A stretch of 64,000 nucleotides of DNA from Patescibacteria group bacterium. Lineage in GTDB: Bacteria > Patescibacteriota > Saccharimonadia > UBA4664. The first letter of the stretch is position 1, and each line of letters starts with the position of its first letter. Under the pieces are notes generated by a model. That model was not told where the DNA came from. It saw only the letters and a list, made by a program, of their open reading frames with translations, and ran no database searches. Shown one piece after another: positions 36,833 through 45,946 of this stretch. The position numbers were made by a program, and so were the translations under genes. The stretch is taken from assembly GCA_028288925.1 (NCBI GenBank), contig JAQGHG010000003.1, forward strand, positions 30,500-94,499. Direction: 5' to 3'.

Positions 36833-38635
36833 CTAAGTCCCGTTTGTTGTCTGCTTCCGCCACAGCCCCGCGTACCGTCCGCCCAGCGCCAGTAACTCTT
36901 CATGCGCGCCCTGCTCCACGATCCGCCCCTCGTGCATCACGATAATCCGGTCCAGCCCCGCCACCGTACTCAACCGGTGCGCGATCACAATTGCCGTATG
37001 CTTCCCAATAATCTTCGGCAGCGCGCGCTGAATAATCTGCTCGCTCTCGCTGTCGAGCGCGCTCGTGGCTTCGTCAAAAATCATAATCGGCGCGTTCTTC
37101 AGAATCGCCCGCGCGATCACCACCCGCTGCTTCTGGCCGCCGCTCAACTTCACGCCGCGCTCGCCCACTATCGTGCCGTAGCCGTCGGGCAGCCGGGCGA
37201 TAAATTCATGAGCGTGCGCCGCCTCGGCTGCCCGCTCTATTTCCGCCCCACTCGCGCCTTCATCAAAATAGGCGATATTATCGCGAATACTCCGGTGAAA
37301 CAACAAGGGTTCTTGCGGAACGTAGGCAATGCTGCGGCGCAGCTCGCTCTGGCGCACCGCGCGGATATCGGTGCCGTCTACCCGGATCGCGCCGCCCGTC
37401 ACATCATCAAACCGCATCAGCAGGCTCGCCAATGTACTCTTGCCGGCGCCGCTCAGGCCCACGATGCCAATCTGCTCTCCGCCGGCGATCGCGATATTCA
37501 GCCCCTCGAACACCTCAATCCGCCTACCCGTCCCCGAGTGCGATGGGTAGCTAAAGTTCACATTCTCAATCGTAATAGCGCCCTTCGGCACCTCAAGGTT
37601 CTGTGGCTCATCAGGATCGCGTATCGTCTCCCGCTCATTCCCCAAGTAGGCGAGCGTCGGATAGGTCTTGGTGATTAAATCGTCGTGCTTCAAGATAAGG
37701 TTGGGAATCTGGGCCACATTTCGGACAATCTGGAACATGTAGCTCAGCGTCAGGACGATTAACCCGACCGAATCCGGGCGGTGCTTCGCGCTGGCCACCA
37801 CCACAAAGAATGCGGCTGTTACCCCGGCTGCCGTCAAAATACTCCGGGGCATATCCAGGAACGTAGCCGTTTTACGCCGCAGCCAAAACGTCTCTACCTC
37901 TTCTTGGGCTAGCGCGTTCATCTTACTGCGGGATTCCTTCTCTAGACCTCCCGATTTAAGAGCCACGATATTAGTTATCTCATCGGCCACTTCTCCTGTA
38001 ACCTTGCGGAGAATCTCATGCGCCGCCTTGCGGTAGGCGTTTGATTTCGACGACGCCCACATTACATACAAAAATTGCACCAATACGATACCAAAAGCCA
38101 CCAAGCCCAGCCGCCAGTCGGCCGCCAAGAGCACAAACACCGGCACCACGAGCGCCAGCACAATTCCTACGCCATCGCTGCGCAGGAGCCGCACCAGGTC
38201 CATGGTGCCGTCCAAATGCTGCCGGAAGAGGCCGGCCAGGTAGCCGGTTTGGTGGTCACGGTAGAAGGCCATATCCTTCCCGGTCAGCCGGCCGTGGAAG
38301 GAAGGCATGAGCCGGCCATATTCTTTATTCTCGGACCGGGTCGCCACTAGGTCGCCAATCGAGCCAAGCATCGTACCAAACACATACGACCAGAAAAAAT
38401 ACACAATGTTGCGCTTGGCGCTCTCTAAGTCTCCGGCCGCTAGGCTGGACGCGGCCTGCGCCATTAAAACGGTGACATAAATCCGCGTTAGGAACACCCG
38501 TACAATTTCGGTGGCAAACCCAAACCACACCCCCGGCTGCCGACCGTAAGTGGATAGTAAATGACGATAAACAGCTTTATTCACAGCCTCCATAGTACCA
38601 TCCACGAAAAGTCTTGACGTGCTTCCGAGGCGCAC
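36833..38635 (-). CDS. ABC exporter, fused permease and ATPase (MsbA-like).
   Basis: Six-TM N-terminal domain. Walker A GLSGAGKST, signature LSGGQKQRVVIARA, Walker B IMIFDEATSALD. Confidence 0.9.
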   Translation of the reverse strand: MRLGSTSRLFVDGTMEAVNKAVYRHLLSTYGRQPGVWFGFATEIVRVFLTRIYVTVLMAQAASSLAAGDLESAKRNIVYFFWSYVFGTMLGSIGDLVATRSENKEYGRLMPSFHGRLTGKDMAFYRDHQTGYLAGLFRQHLDGTMDLVRLLRSDGVGIVLALVVPVFVLLAADWRLGLVAFGIVLVQFLYVMWASSKSNAYRKAAHEILRKVTGEVADEITNIVALKSGGLEKESRSKMNALAQEEVETFWLRRKTATFLDMPRSILTAAGVTAAFFVVVASAKHRPDSVGLIVLTLSYMFQIVRNVAQIPNLILKHDDLITKTYPTLAYLGNERETIRDPDEPQNLEVPKGAITIENVNFSYPSHSGTGRRIEVFEGLNIAIAGGEQIGIVGLSGAGKSTLASLLMRFDDVTGGAIRVDGTDIRAVRQSELRRSIAYVPQEPLLFHRSIRDNIAYFDEGASGAEIERAAEAAHAHEFIARLPDGYGTIVGERGVKLSGGQKQRVVIARAILKNAPIMIFDEATSALDSESEQIIQRALPKIIGKHTAIVIAHRLSTVAGLDRIIVMHEGRIVEQGAHEELLALGGRYAGLWRKQTTNGT

Positions 38636-38676
38636 TGTTACAATCCAAGCAACACGCAGTAACAGAAGGGGACAAT

Positions 38677-39990
38677 ATGAAAGAGGATACCTATGAGCTC
38701 CTAACGGCTCCCGAGATCGAAGACCGGCTTGGTTCCAAATACTTCTACCGTCAAAAGATCTACCGGTTAGCCGAAGCCGGTCGCGTCCGCAAGTACGCCT
38801 TCCGCGATCAAACCTGCTTTCTGACTTCCGATATCGTCAAAGCCTTTCTCGAGGATCTAGAACAGGCCATCCATAGCCAGCACCCTGATATCGACATGAG
38901 TATGGTACAAGTCATGTACGAGCCCGTAACACGCCGGATAGTGGTGGACGGGTTATTTGGCAAAGGAATCTCCGCCGACACCTCCCGTGAAACCCAAGAA
39001 GACACCCTGCGTAAAATCGCCACCATTAAGGAATGGGAGGCTGATTCGGTTGTTGGAGCCGTTTCGACACAATCAGATCAAGGAGCTGTAACACCCTCTC
39101 TGGATGTCTCCGGTTCGCTCCCGGAAGAGCTGATGTACATCAAAGTCGAAACCGGAGTCGTGGAGGGGGTTGAGGTAAAAAGCTTCATTCTCATTAGCCT
39201 GCCGAGCCTGGCTCAATTCATCGGCGTAAGAACCGATAACTTCAGCCGGTGGATAGCGGGCTCCACATTTAGCGGCTTCATATTAAGCGCCAACGTTCGG
39301 CATCTGAACGGTCCTCAACATAGCGGACCGTGGAAAAAAGGCTTAGAACAGGGGTATGTTCCGCTCCTACCCATGGAGCTGATTCCGGAAGTGCTCATCG
39401 CCGTGAAGCAAGCAAACTTCAAGCCCCAGTTCCCCCAAAAAGCTGAAGTGCTCTATGAACTCGCCAAAACCGCCCTCGAAGCCGTCGGTTTGGGGATCAG
39501 CGGCAACAAACAACAAGCCGCCGAGGCTCTAGCCAAGGTCGGTGAGGGCCTGGGGCTCCAGGAAGCCGACCAAATCATCGCGCTGCTTCGTCAGTACGCC
39601 AACCGGGATTTTCAGGTTCAAACTCACAAAGGCTTTGTCCATAAAGTCAGAAGCACCGGCGGGGATTACCTCATAACCACCGGCACCATCACCGTCGGCG
39701 TTACGGGCAAAAATGCCGCCACTTGGATGAAAATTGGCCAAAAAGAAGGTCTAAAGTCACGCGAACGCCAATCCGCCCGCGAGGTTATGCGGCACGTAGC
39801 GCCGGCCGACAGCGTAGGCATGACCTTCGCCGAAGGCCACTATACTAAGAACCCTGACACTACCGAAGCCATCAAGACCGGTAGACAGGGCAAAAGTTTC
39901 TACCGGCGCCTTAAGGAAGTAGGGCTGCTCGAAGAACCCCGCGATGAAGACAAGCCGGTTACCCTAGAAGTAAGAGGAAAGGTACGGTAA
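38677..39990 (+). CDS. HTH (excisionase/MerR-like HTH_17) DNA-binding domain fused to a roughly 380-aa domain of unknown function.
   Basis: ATG at 38677 with GAAGGGGA SD. N-terminal YELLTAPEIEDRLG...YRLAEAGRVRKYAFRDQTCFLTSDIVKAFL matches the excisionase-family HTH pattern. No recognisable motif in the rest. Slightly lower GC. Confidence 0.55.
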   Translation: MKEDTYELLTAPEIEDRLGSKYFYRQKIYRLAEAGRVRKYAFRDQTCFLTSDIVKAFLEDLEQAIHSQHPDIDMSMVQVMYEPVTRRIVVDGLFGKGISADTSRETQEDTLRKIATIKEWEADSVVGAVSTQSDQGAVTPSLDVSGSLPEELMYIKVETGVVEGVEVKSFILISLPSLAQFIGVRTDNFSRWIAGSTFSGFILSANVRHLNGPQHSGPWKKGLEQGYVPLLPMELIPEVLIAVKQANFKPQFPQKAEVLYELAKTALEAVGLGISGNKQQAAEALAKVGEGLGLQEADQIIALLRQYANRDFQVQTHKGFVHKVRSTGGDYLITTGTITVGVTGKNAATWMKIGQKEGLKSRERQSAREVMRHVAPADSVGMTFAEGHYTKNPDTTEAIKTGRQGKSFYRRLKEVGLLEEPRDEDKPVTLEVRGKVR

Positions 39991-39995
39991 CCCCC

Positions 39996-41156
39996 ATGAC
40001 AAACGCACAATCCCACCCCGACCCTATCGAAGCCCACCGCCGGCTCGGTGGCAAGATCGCTGTCCAGGCTAAGGCCGAGCTCACCGCCGAAGCCCTGGCC
40101 GCGCTGTATACGCCCGGTGTCGGCCAGGCCTCCTCGTACCTGGCCGAGCACCCCGAGGCTGCCCGCGAGCTCACCATCAAGCGCAACAGCTTGGCCGTCA
40201 TCTCCGACGGCTCGGCCGTGCTCGGCCTCGGCAACATCGGCCCTTACGGCGCGCTGCCCGTGATGGAAGGCAAGGCCATGCTCTTCAAGCAGCTCGCCGA
40301 TATCGACGCTTGGCCGCTCGTGCTCGATACCCAAGACACCGAGGGCATCATCGCGGCCGTCAAGGCCGTAGCGCCGGTGTTCGGCGCCATCAACCTGGAA
40401 GACATCGCCGCGCCCGCCTGCTACGAGATCGAGGAGCGCCTCCAGGAAGCCTTGGACATCCCCGTAATGCACGACGACCAACATGCCACCGCCATCATCG
40501 CGCTGGCCGGGCTCATAAATGCTTTCAAGGTGGTAGGCAAGGACCTCCGCGCCGCCCGCGTCGTCATCGTCGGCGCCGGGGCGGCCGGCAGCGCCCTGCT
40601 ACGGTTACTGCTGGATTACGGTCTGAGCGACGTCGTGCTCACCGACTCCAGGGGCATCGTCGAGCCTTCGCGCACCAATCTTGATCCCTACAAGCAGCAG
40701 TGGGCCCGGCTCGGCAACCCCCGTCACCTCACCGGCGATGCCGGCGTAGCGCTGCGAGGCGCCGATGCCGTGGTGGCCGTCTCGGTGCCCGGCGCCGTCA
40801 CGGCCGCGCAGGTCAAAACCATGGCCAAGGACCCGGTGGTTTTCGCGCTGGCCAACCCCACACCCGAAATCATGCCCGAAGACGCCAAAGCGGCCGGCGC
40901 CGCCGTCATCGCCACCGGCCGTTCCGACTTCCCCAATCAGATCAACAACGTACTCGTGTTTCCGGGCATATTCCGCGGCATGCTCGATTCGGGCGTGCGC
41001 GAAGTCACCCCGGCCATCAAACTCCGGGCGGCCCAAGCCCTGGCCGGTCTCGTGCCACATCCTACGGCCGGGCGCATCGTGCCCTCGGCCCTCGATCGCG
41101 AAGTCGCTCTAGCAGTCGCCGCCGCCGTCCAGGAAGTCACCGGGGCTAAGGCTTAG
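39996..41156 (+). CDS. NAD(P)-dependent malic enzyme (short form).
   Basis: ISDGSAVLGLGNIG and VVIVGAGAAG dinucleotide motifs. About 386 aa. Confidence 0.85.
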   Translation: MTNAQSHPDPIEAHRRLGGKIAVQAKAELTAEALAALYTPGVGQASSYLAEHPEAARELTIKRNSLAVISDGSAVLGLGNIGPYGALPVMEGKAMLFKQLADIDAWPLVLDTQDTEGIIAAVKAVAPVFGAINLEDIAAPACYEIEERLQEALDIPVMHDDQHATAIIALAGLINAFKVVGKDLRAARVVIVGAGAAGSALLRLLLDYGLSDVVLTDSRGIVEPSRTNLDPYKQQWARLGNPRHLTGDAGVALRGADAVVAVSVPGAVTAAQVKTMAKDPVVFALANPTPEIMPEDAKAAGAAVIATGRSDFPNQINNVLVFPGIFRGMLDSGVREVTPAIKLRAAQALAGLVPHPTAGRIVPSALDREVALAVAAAVQEVTGAKA

Positions 41157-41364
41157 ACCGCCGGATCTTGCGCTCGGCGCGGCGGATCCTGTCGCGAACC
41201 TTCTCGAGGGCCCGGTGAGCCCAGGCATATTCGGTCGCCAGCACGCCCAGGCCGGCCGCGATGACCAATAGCCCCGGTCCGGGTGTCACGAGCATAATAG
41301 TCCCGACTAGGATCAGAAACCCCCCGGCGATTGATATTGCTGGTTTGCGCAAAAACTTACTCAT
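41146..41364 (-). CDS. PGPGW-domain small membrane protein.
   Basis: LVTPGPGLLVIAAGLGVLATEYAW. Confidence 0.7.
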   Translation of the reverse strand: MSKFLRKPAISIAGGFLILVGTIMLVTPGPGLLVIAAGLGVLATEYAWAHRALEKVRDRIRRAERKIRRSKP

Positions 41365-41426
41365 ACCCTTAGTCTAACCCGGTTAGGCGCTTTACAGATA
41401 ATAGCCCCGCGCGATAGTCTGTATTT

Positions 41427-41957
41427 ATGTCAAAGCGTATCCTTTTCATCGTGGCCGCCCTAATACTTGCCACCGCCGGCTTCTATGCCCGGGCTCAGAA
41501 CACCCGCGTAGCTCGCGCCCAAGCCGCCCAGATCGTCCAACAAGACAGCGCCGGCAGCGATACCTCGGCGGCCATAGCCGGCCTCAAACAGTACTTCAAG
41601 ACTCATCTCAGCACATCGGTCGGCCTTACCCTCAATGGCGCTTACACCCGAGCCCTAGCCGCCGCTCGTGCCGCGGCTAGCACCTCGGTCACCAACGCGC
41701 AAATCTACGCCGATGCCCAGCGAGCCTGCGGCGGCAAGAGCGATTCCATCACACAGGCCCGCTGCAACCAAGACTACCTTTCCAAGCATCTTGTGAATGT
41801 TCCTCCCCCCACTCCGGTAAAAGAACCCAAGCTGTCCGATTACCAATACTTTTTTAGCTCCCCGGTGTGGGCGCCCGATCTACCCGGCGCTCTCCTGTTG
41901 GGGTCCGCCGCCGCTTTCATCTTGGGAGCCGCCGGCTTTCTGCGGAGGCCGCGATAA
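41427..41957 (+). CDS. Hypothetical membrane protein.
   Basis: N- and C-terminal hydrophobic helices. TAATG-coupled to the next ORF. Confidence 0.45.
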   Translation: MSKRILFIVAALILATAGFYARAQNTRVARAQAAQIVQQDSAGSDTSAAIAGLKQYFKTHLSTSVGLTLNGAYTRALAAARAAASTSVTNAQIYADAQRACGGKSDSITQARCNQDYLSKHLVNVPPPTPVKEPKLSDYQYFFSSPVWAPDLPGALLLGSAAAFILGAAGFLRRPR

Positions 41958-42568
41958 TGTCGGGTCAAGTTAACTTCTGGGAACGCTTTCGGGCGACGCT
42001 CCTCCCCACCGTCAATCAGACCCTGGGCGCGCTTGGCCTCTCGGCCGCCTTGCTGGCGCTTGCCCAGAGCCAGTCCCTTATGCACCGGCTCGGCATCAGC
42101 TCGGCCGCCATCACCACTAGCCAGATTCAGTTTCACGACCGCTTCGACGTTATCCTGCGGTCATCCATCGCCTCACACATCGCGTTGGTGACGTTTTGGG
42201 CCACTATCGGCTTGATCGCCTACCTCATTTGCTGGGGAGCCTACAATATACTCATCGAGGCCCGCAACGAGGTCACATTGGCCACCGAATACACCAACCG
42301 CGGCCACTGGCGGGGCCCTTACGAAACCCTGGCCCTCAAGGCCGCTGCCGCTACCGGATTGGCGCTCATCATTGGATCGTTGTGGTTCGGCCTGTCATTC
42401 TGGATGGCGCTCTCGGGCCGCGTCATTAGTCACCCCGACCCTTCTAGTGTTACTGGGGCCGTCATCGCCGTAGTAGGCCTGGCGCTCCAACTTTACCTCC
42501 TACTGGCCTTTGTCCAATTCACCTTCACGCCCTGGTACCGGATGCAGACATTTACAGACCTTGCGTAG
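41957..42568 (+). CDS. Hypothetical polytopic membrane protein.
   Basis: ATG at 41957 overlaps the upstream stop. Several hydrophobic helices. Confidence 0.45.
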   Translation: MSGQVNFWERFRATLLPTVNQTLGALGLSAALLALAQSQSLMHRLGISSAAITTSQIQFHDRFDVILRSSIASHIALVTFWATIGLIAYLICWGAYNILIEARNEVTLATEYTNRGHWRGPYETLALKAAAATGLALIIGSLWFGLSFWMALSGRVISHPDPSSVTGAVIAVVGLALQLYLLLAFVQFTFTPWYRMQTFTDLA

Positions 42569-42661
42569 TGCGCTATGATGCCCTCGTTAACGTTAAACCG
42601 CCCCGAAGGCGGAATTGTCGTCCCGGCCGCAAGCTTGGCGATGTAAGTGGAGCCAAGTTAA

Positions 42662-42931
42662 GTGGCCAAGAAACTATTTATCGGCAACCTGCCGTACACA
42701 GCAACAAATGACAGCCTGGGTGAATTTTTCGCCGAGTTCGGTGAAGTCCTCAGCGCGGCCGTAATCATGGACCGCGCCACCGGCCGTTCCAAAGGTTTCG
42801 GTTTCGTCGAAATGACCAACGACGCCGAAGCTGACGCCGTCATCGCCCGCGCCGACGAGGCCGCTGGTCTCGAGCTCGAAGGCCGCAAGCTTACCGTCAG
42901 CGAAGCCCGTCCCAAAGCCGAAGCTCGCTAA
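42662..42931 (+). CDS. RRM-type RNA-binding protein.
   Basis: RNP-2 LFIGNL and RNP-1 KGFGFVEM. Confidence 0.9.
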   Translation: MAKKLFIGNLPYTATNDSLGEFFAEFGEVLSAAVIMDRATGRSKGFGFVEMTNDAEADAVIARADEAAGLELEGRKLTVSEARPKAEAR

Positions 42932-42954
42932 GTCTAGCTAAAGCACAAAAAAAG

Positions 42955-42976
42955 AGCCCTCCGGGGCTTTTTTTTG
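42955..42976. terminator. Bidirectional intrinsic terminator (A-run, AGCCC-tccg-GGGCT, then nine T).
   Basis: Between the convergent rbp gene and the MazG-like gene. Confidence 0.8.
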
Positions 42977-42988
42977 TTGGGCTAGGGC

Positions 42989-43303
42989 TTACGACCAGGT
43001 ACGTTTGTGGTTAATAGCCTCCTTCCCCCGAAAGGCCTGCTCCAGATCGATGTCATACATATTGGCGATAGCCGATGTCACCCACAAGACATCAGCCAAC
43101 TCATGCGCGATATTTCCAACATGAGAATCAGGATCGGTAGTCACACCACTCTCTTTGCGAATTGCCTTGGCTAGTTCGCCCACCTCCTCGATGAGAAGCA
43201 GACACTCCTGGGTGGGCGTCGTCCGAAACCCCCGCTCTTTGAAGTGGACGGTTGTATACTCTTGAAGATCGCGCAGCGTCGCGCCAGCCTTAATGTGAGC
43301 CAT
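42989..43303 (-). CDS. MazG-like nucleotide pyrophosphohydrolase domain protein.
   Basis: EEVGELAKAI ... ELADVL (EExxE...D) motifs. 104 aa. Confidence 0.75.
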   Translation of the reverse strand: MAHIKAGATLRDLQEYTTVHFKERGFRTTPTQECLLLIEEVGELAKAIRKESGVTTDPDSHVGNIAHELADVLWVTSAIANMYDIDLEQAFRGKEAINHKRTWS

Positions 43304-43412
43304 GAAGCATCCCCCTTATCGTCTCTATAGTAATCCGAACAATGGCCGAACACAAGTTTCAAAAAAAGAACCCCCAACCGGGAGTTCTTTCAGGCCGTGA
43401 GCGGGAAAGCGC

Positions 43413-43913
43413 TTACTTGCCGCTAGCCTTGTAGTCCTTGATCGCCTTGGCGACCTTGCCGTCGTCCTTCAGATTCTCCCAGAAGAGCACCTGCTGGCGG
43501 CTGACGTACATTACGTCCTCGGGACCGTGGAGTTCGCCACCAAGCTTGGCCAACGAGACCTGCGGCTGCTGCCCCGCACTCTGATCTTTGGGCTGGACCT
43601 GCTGCTGCACCTGTAGATAGTAAATGTCGGTGAGCTTGACGTAGCTATTATCAACTCTTGAGGCCTTGCCGAAGTAAACCTGGCCGTTCGTCAGGAAGAC
43701 TGCCTGGTACTGCTTAGCCTTCACGGCGCCGTCGGCCGTCATGGCGCTATAGGCCTTATTGCCAAACCAGCCCAGCGTCACGACCGACACCAAGATCAGC
43801 AAAATTGCCAGAACCTTACTTAATGGGTTGCTCGTACCGGCTTGGGCCTTTGGGGCCGCCGGAATATCGGCAAAACTATTGTCGTGCGCTTGCGCTTGTC
43901 TGCGTACATCCAT
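43413..43913 (-). CDS. Hypothetical membrane-anchored protein.
   Basis: One TM helix (VLAILLILVSVVTLGW). A terminator hairpin plus T-run follows on the minus strand at about 43365-43395. Confidence 0.5.
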   Translation of the reverse strand: MDVRRQAQAHDNSFADIPAAPKAQAGTSNPLSKVLAILLILVSVVTLGWFGNKAYSAMTADGAVKAKQYQAVFLTNGQVYFGKASRVDNSYVKLTDIYYLQVQQQVQPKDQSAGQQPQVSLAKLGGELHGPEDVMYVSRQQVLFWENLKDDGKVAKAIKDYKASGK

Positions 43914-44063
43914 ACGAAATTAAACTCCAACTATACTTAGCATTGGGCTTATGGTAGCAGCCGTCTTCCTCAGTGTCTACCCAATCTGGTAGTGTCATAA
44001 GCCCGTGCCACTGTTATAATCATAACCAGTATAAGAGGTGGGATAGGAAGGCGTGTTGCCGCA

Positions 44064-44882
44064 ATGAGACTTCGCAGTAAGCTCGGGTTAATGGTAGGCA
44101 TCATGTTGGCGCTGGTAGCGAGCGCGCCGGCCTGGGCGAGCTTGTCCCAGGGCTTTGCCACCACCACGCCCATCGCCTCCGGCAGTCTGGTGGCGCTCGA
44201 CGAAAAATCCAGCGGCAGCGTTGTGGTGGCGGACACCACCAATACCGGCCGCCTCTTCGGTGTCGCGGTGCCGCCGTCCTCGGCCTCAATCTCCCTGTCG
44301 GGCACCGGTGACGGCCAGATCCAGGTAGTCACGAGCGGCACCGCCAGCGTACTCGTCACCACGGCCGGCGGCGATATTAAGGTGGGTGATTACATCACCG
44401 TCTCATCGATCGCCGGCGTGGGCCAGAAAGTCGGCGAGGGGAGCAGCCGCGTCATCGGCACCGCCCAGGCCGGCTTCAATGCCTCCAGCGACGGCGCCAC
44501 CAAGCGCGGCATCGACGACGGCACCTCCAAGCGCGAGGTCGCCATCGGCCAGATTCCCGTGGTTATCTCCGTCTCCACCTACACCGCCACCGATGGCAAA
44601 CAACCCTACGCCATCCCCAACTGGCTCCAGAGCTTCTCCAACACTTTGGCCGGCAAAGCCGTTTCGCCTATTCGCGTTATCATGGCAGGTCTCATTCTGA
44701 TGGTCGCCCTCGTGAGCATAACCGTCTTGCTCTATGCCGCCGTTCGCAATAGCATTATTTCTATCGGGCGTAATCCGCTCTCGCGCGGTCCGGTGCTGCG
44801 GGGACTGCTCCAGGTCGTGGCCATCGCGGCCGGTATTCTAGCCCTCGCGACCGGTGGGATATATTTGGTGATAGCGAGGTAG
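44064..44882 (+). CDS. Hypothetical exported protein with a C-terminal two-helix membrane hairpin.
   Basis: Signal peptide (MRLRSKLGLMVGIMLALVASAPAWA), S/T/G-rich domain, C-terminal hairpin with a GRNP loop. Confidence 0.5.
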   Translation: MRLRSKLGLMVGIMLALVASAPAWASLSQGFATTTPIASGSLVALDEKSSGSVVVADTTNTGRLFGVAVPPSSASISLSGTGDGQIQVVTSGTASVLVTTAGGDIKVGDYITVSSIAGVGQKVGEGSSRVIGTAQAGFNASSDGATKRGIDDGTSKREVAIGQIPVVISVSTYTATDGKQPYAIPNWLQSFSNTLAGKAVSPIRVIMAGLILMVALVSITVLLYAAVRNSIISIGRNPLSRGPVLRGLLQVVAIAAGILALATGGIYLVIAR

Positions 44883-44883
44883 T

Positions 44884-45480
44884 ATGGAAATTGGACTAAT
44901 TATTCTAGCCGGGGCCGTTGTTCTCCTCACGCTAATCGTGGTGGCGCAAAATCTTCAGTTGCAAAAAGCCCTGCGAAAGCAGCACGAATACGAAGCTAAA
45001 CCTACGTCGGTGCACGTCAGCGAGCCCACCGTAGCCCAGCTCGAAACCAGTCTCAAGGCCGCTTACGAAGCCAAGATCGAAGAAGCCACCGGCACCTTTG
45101 GCACCGACCTGCAGACCACCTCGGAGCGCCTCAGCGAGCAAGTCTCGCGCCTTACCACCACGGTCATCGAGGAAGAGCTCGAGGCCTACCAGCAGACGCT
45201 CGAAGAAGTCCGTCACGTCGCCACCCAAGCCATGGAGCAAATCCACCAGGCCGTCGAGCACCAGCGCGTCGAGCTGCGCCAGGGCATGGAAGCCGAGCTG
45301 GTCGAAGAAAAGAAGCAACTCGCCGCCAAATTCGACGCCAAGCTGGGCGACGTAGTATCGAGCTACATTTCCGAGTCCCTTGGCAGTGGCGTCGACCTGG
45401 GCGCCCAGATGCAATTCATCCTTCAGAGCCTCGAGAAGCACAAAGACGAAATTCGAAAGGACCTCATCGGTGACCTTTGA
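44884..45480 (+). CDS. atpF: F-type ATP synthase subunit b-like (single N-terminal TM plus long coiled coil).
   Basis: Topology and position immediately upstream of delta/alpha/gamma/beta/epsilon. Confidence 0.55.
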   Translation: MEIGLIILAGAVVLLTLIVVAQNLQLQKALRKQHEYEAKPTSVHVSEPTVAQLETSLKAAYEAKIEEATGTFGTDLQTTSERLSEQVSRLTTTVIEEELEAYQQTLEEVRHVATQAMEQIHQAVEHQRVELRQGMEAELVEEKKQLAAKFDAKLGDVVSSYISESLGSGVDLGAQMQFILQSLEKHKDEIRKDLIGDL

Positions 45481-45946
45481 ACTCCCCGCCGCCGTTTATA
45501 GCCCTCAGTTGCTGGAGTCAGTCGTGTACGACATCCAGTATTACCTGGATTGGATCCGTCAAAATCAGATCCGCAAAAAAGTCGGCGCCCAGCCCAAGGA
45601 AGAGCCCAACCACTCCGCCGAGACCGTGCTCGTGATCGAAGCGTGGCTAGCCGGTAAACCCGCCACGCTCGAATCTATCGAAGCTCTGCTCAAGTATCTT
45701 AAAGAGCTTGAGCTTCCCGAGGTTCACATTATGCTGGCCGCCCTACCCAACCATGCCCAGCGCGAAGTCTTCGTGACCTGGTTTCGCAACAACACCACGC
45801 CCCACCTCATGCTCTCCTTTGTGGCCGATCGCAACCTTGGCGGCGGGATCGTGGTACGCACGCCCAACCGCATCTTCGATTACACCTGGAAGCAGGAGCT
45901 GGTAGCCGGGCGCGATAAATTAGCGGGGATCGTGCGCCGTGTTTGA
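45470..45946 (+). CDS. atpH: F-type ATP synthase delta (OSCP) subunit.
   Basis: GTG 45470 overlaps the atpF end. C-terminal GGGIVVRTPNRIFDYTWK resembles the delta C-terminus. Confidence 0.6.
   Translation: MTFELPAAVYSPQLLESVVYDIQYYLDWIRQNQIRKKVGAQPKEEPNHSAETVLVIEAWLAGKPATLESIEALLKYLKELELPEVHIMLAALPNHAQREVFVTWFRNNTTPHLMLSFVADRNLGGGIVVRTPNRIFDYTWKQELVAGRDKLAGIVRRV

Noticed and set aside
44650-44882. C-terminal 75 aa of the 272-aa protein as a cryptic F0 c-subunit (two-helix hairpin with GRNP loop) missing from the atp operon.
   Set aside because: It lacks the GxGxGxG helix-1 motif and has no Asp or Glu in helix 2, so it cannot be a functional proteolipid. The resemblance is probably coincidental.
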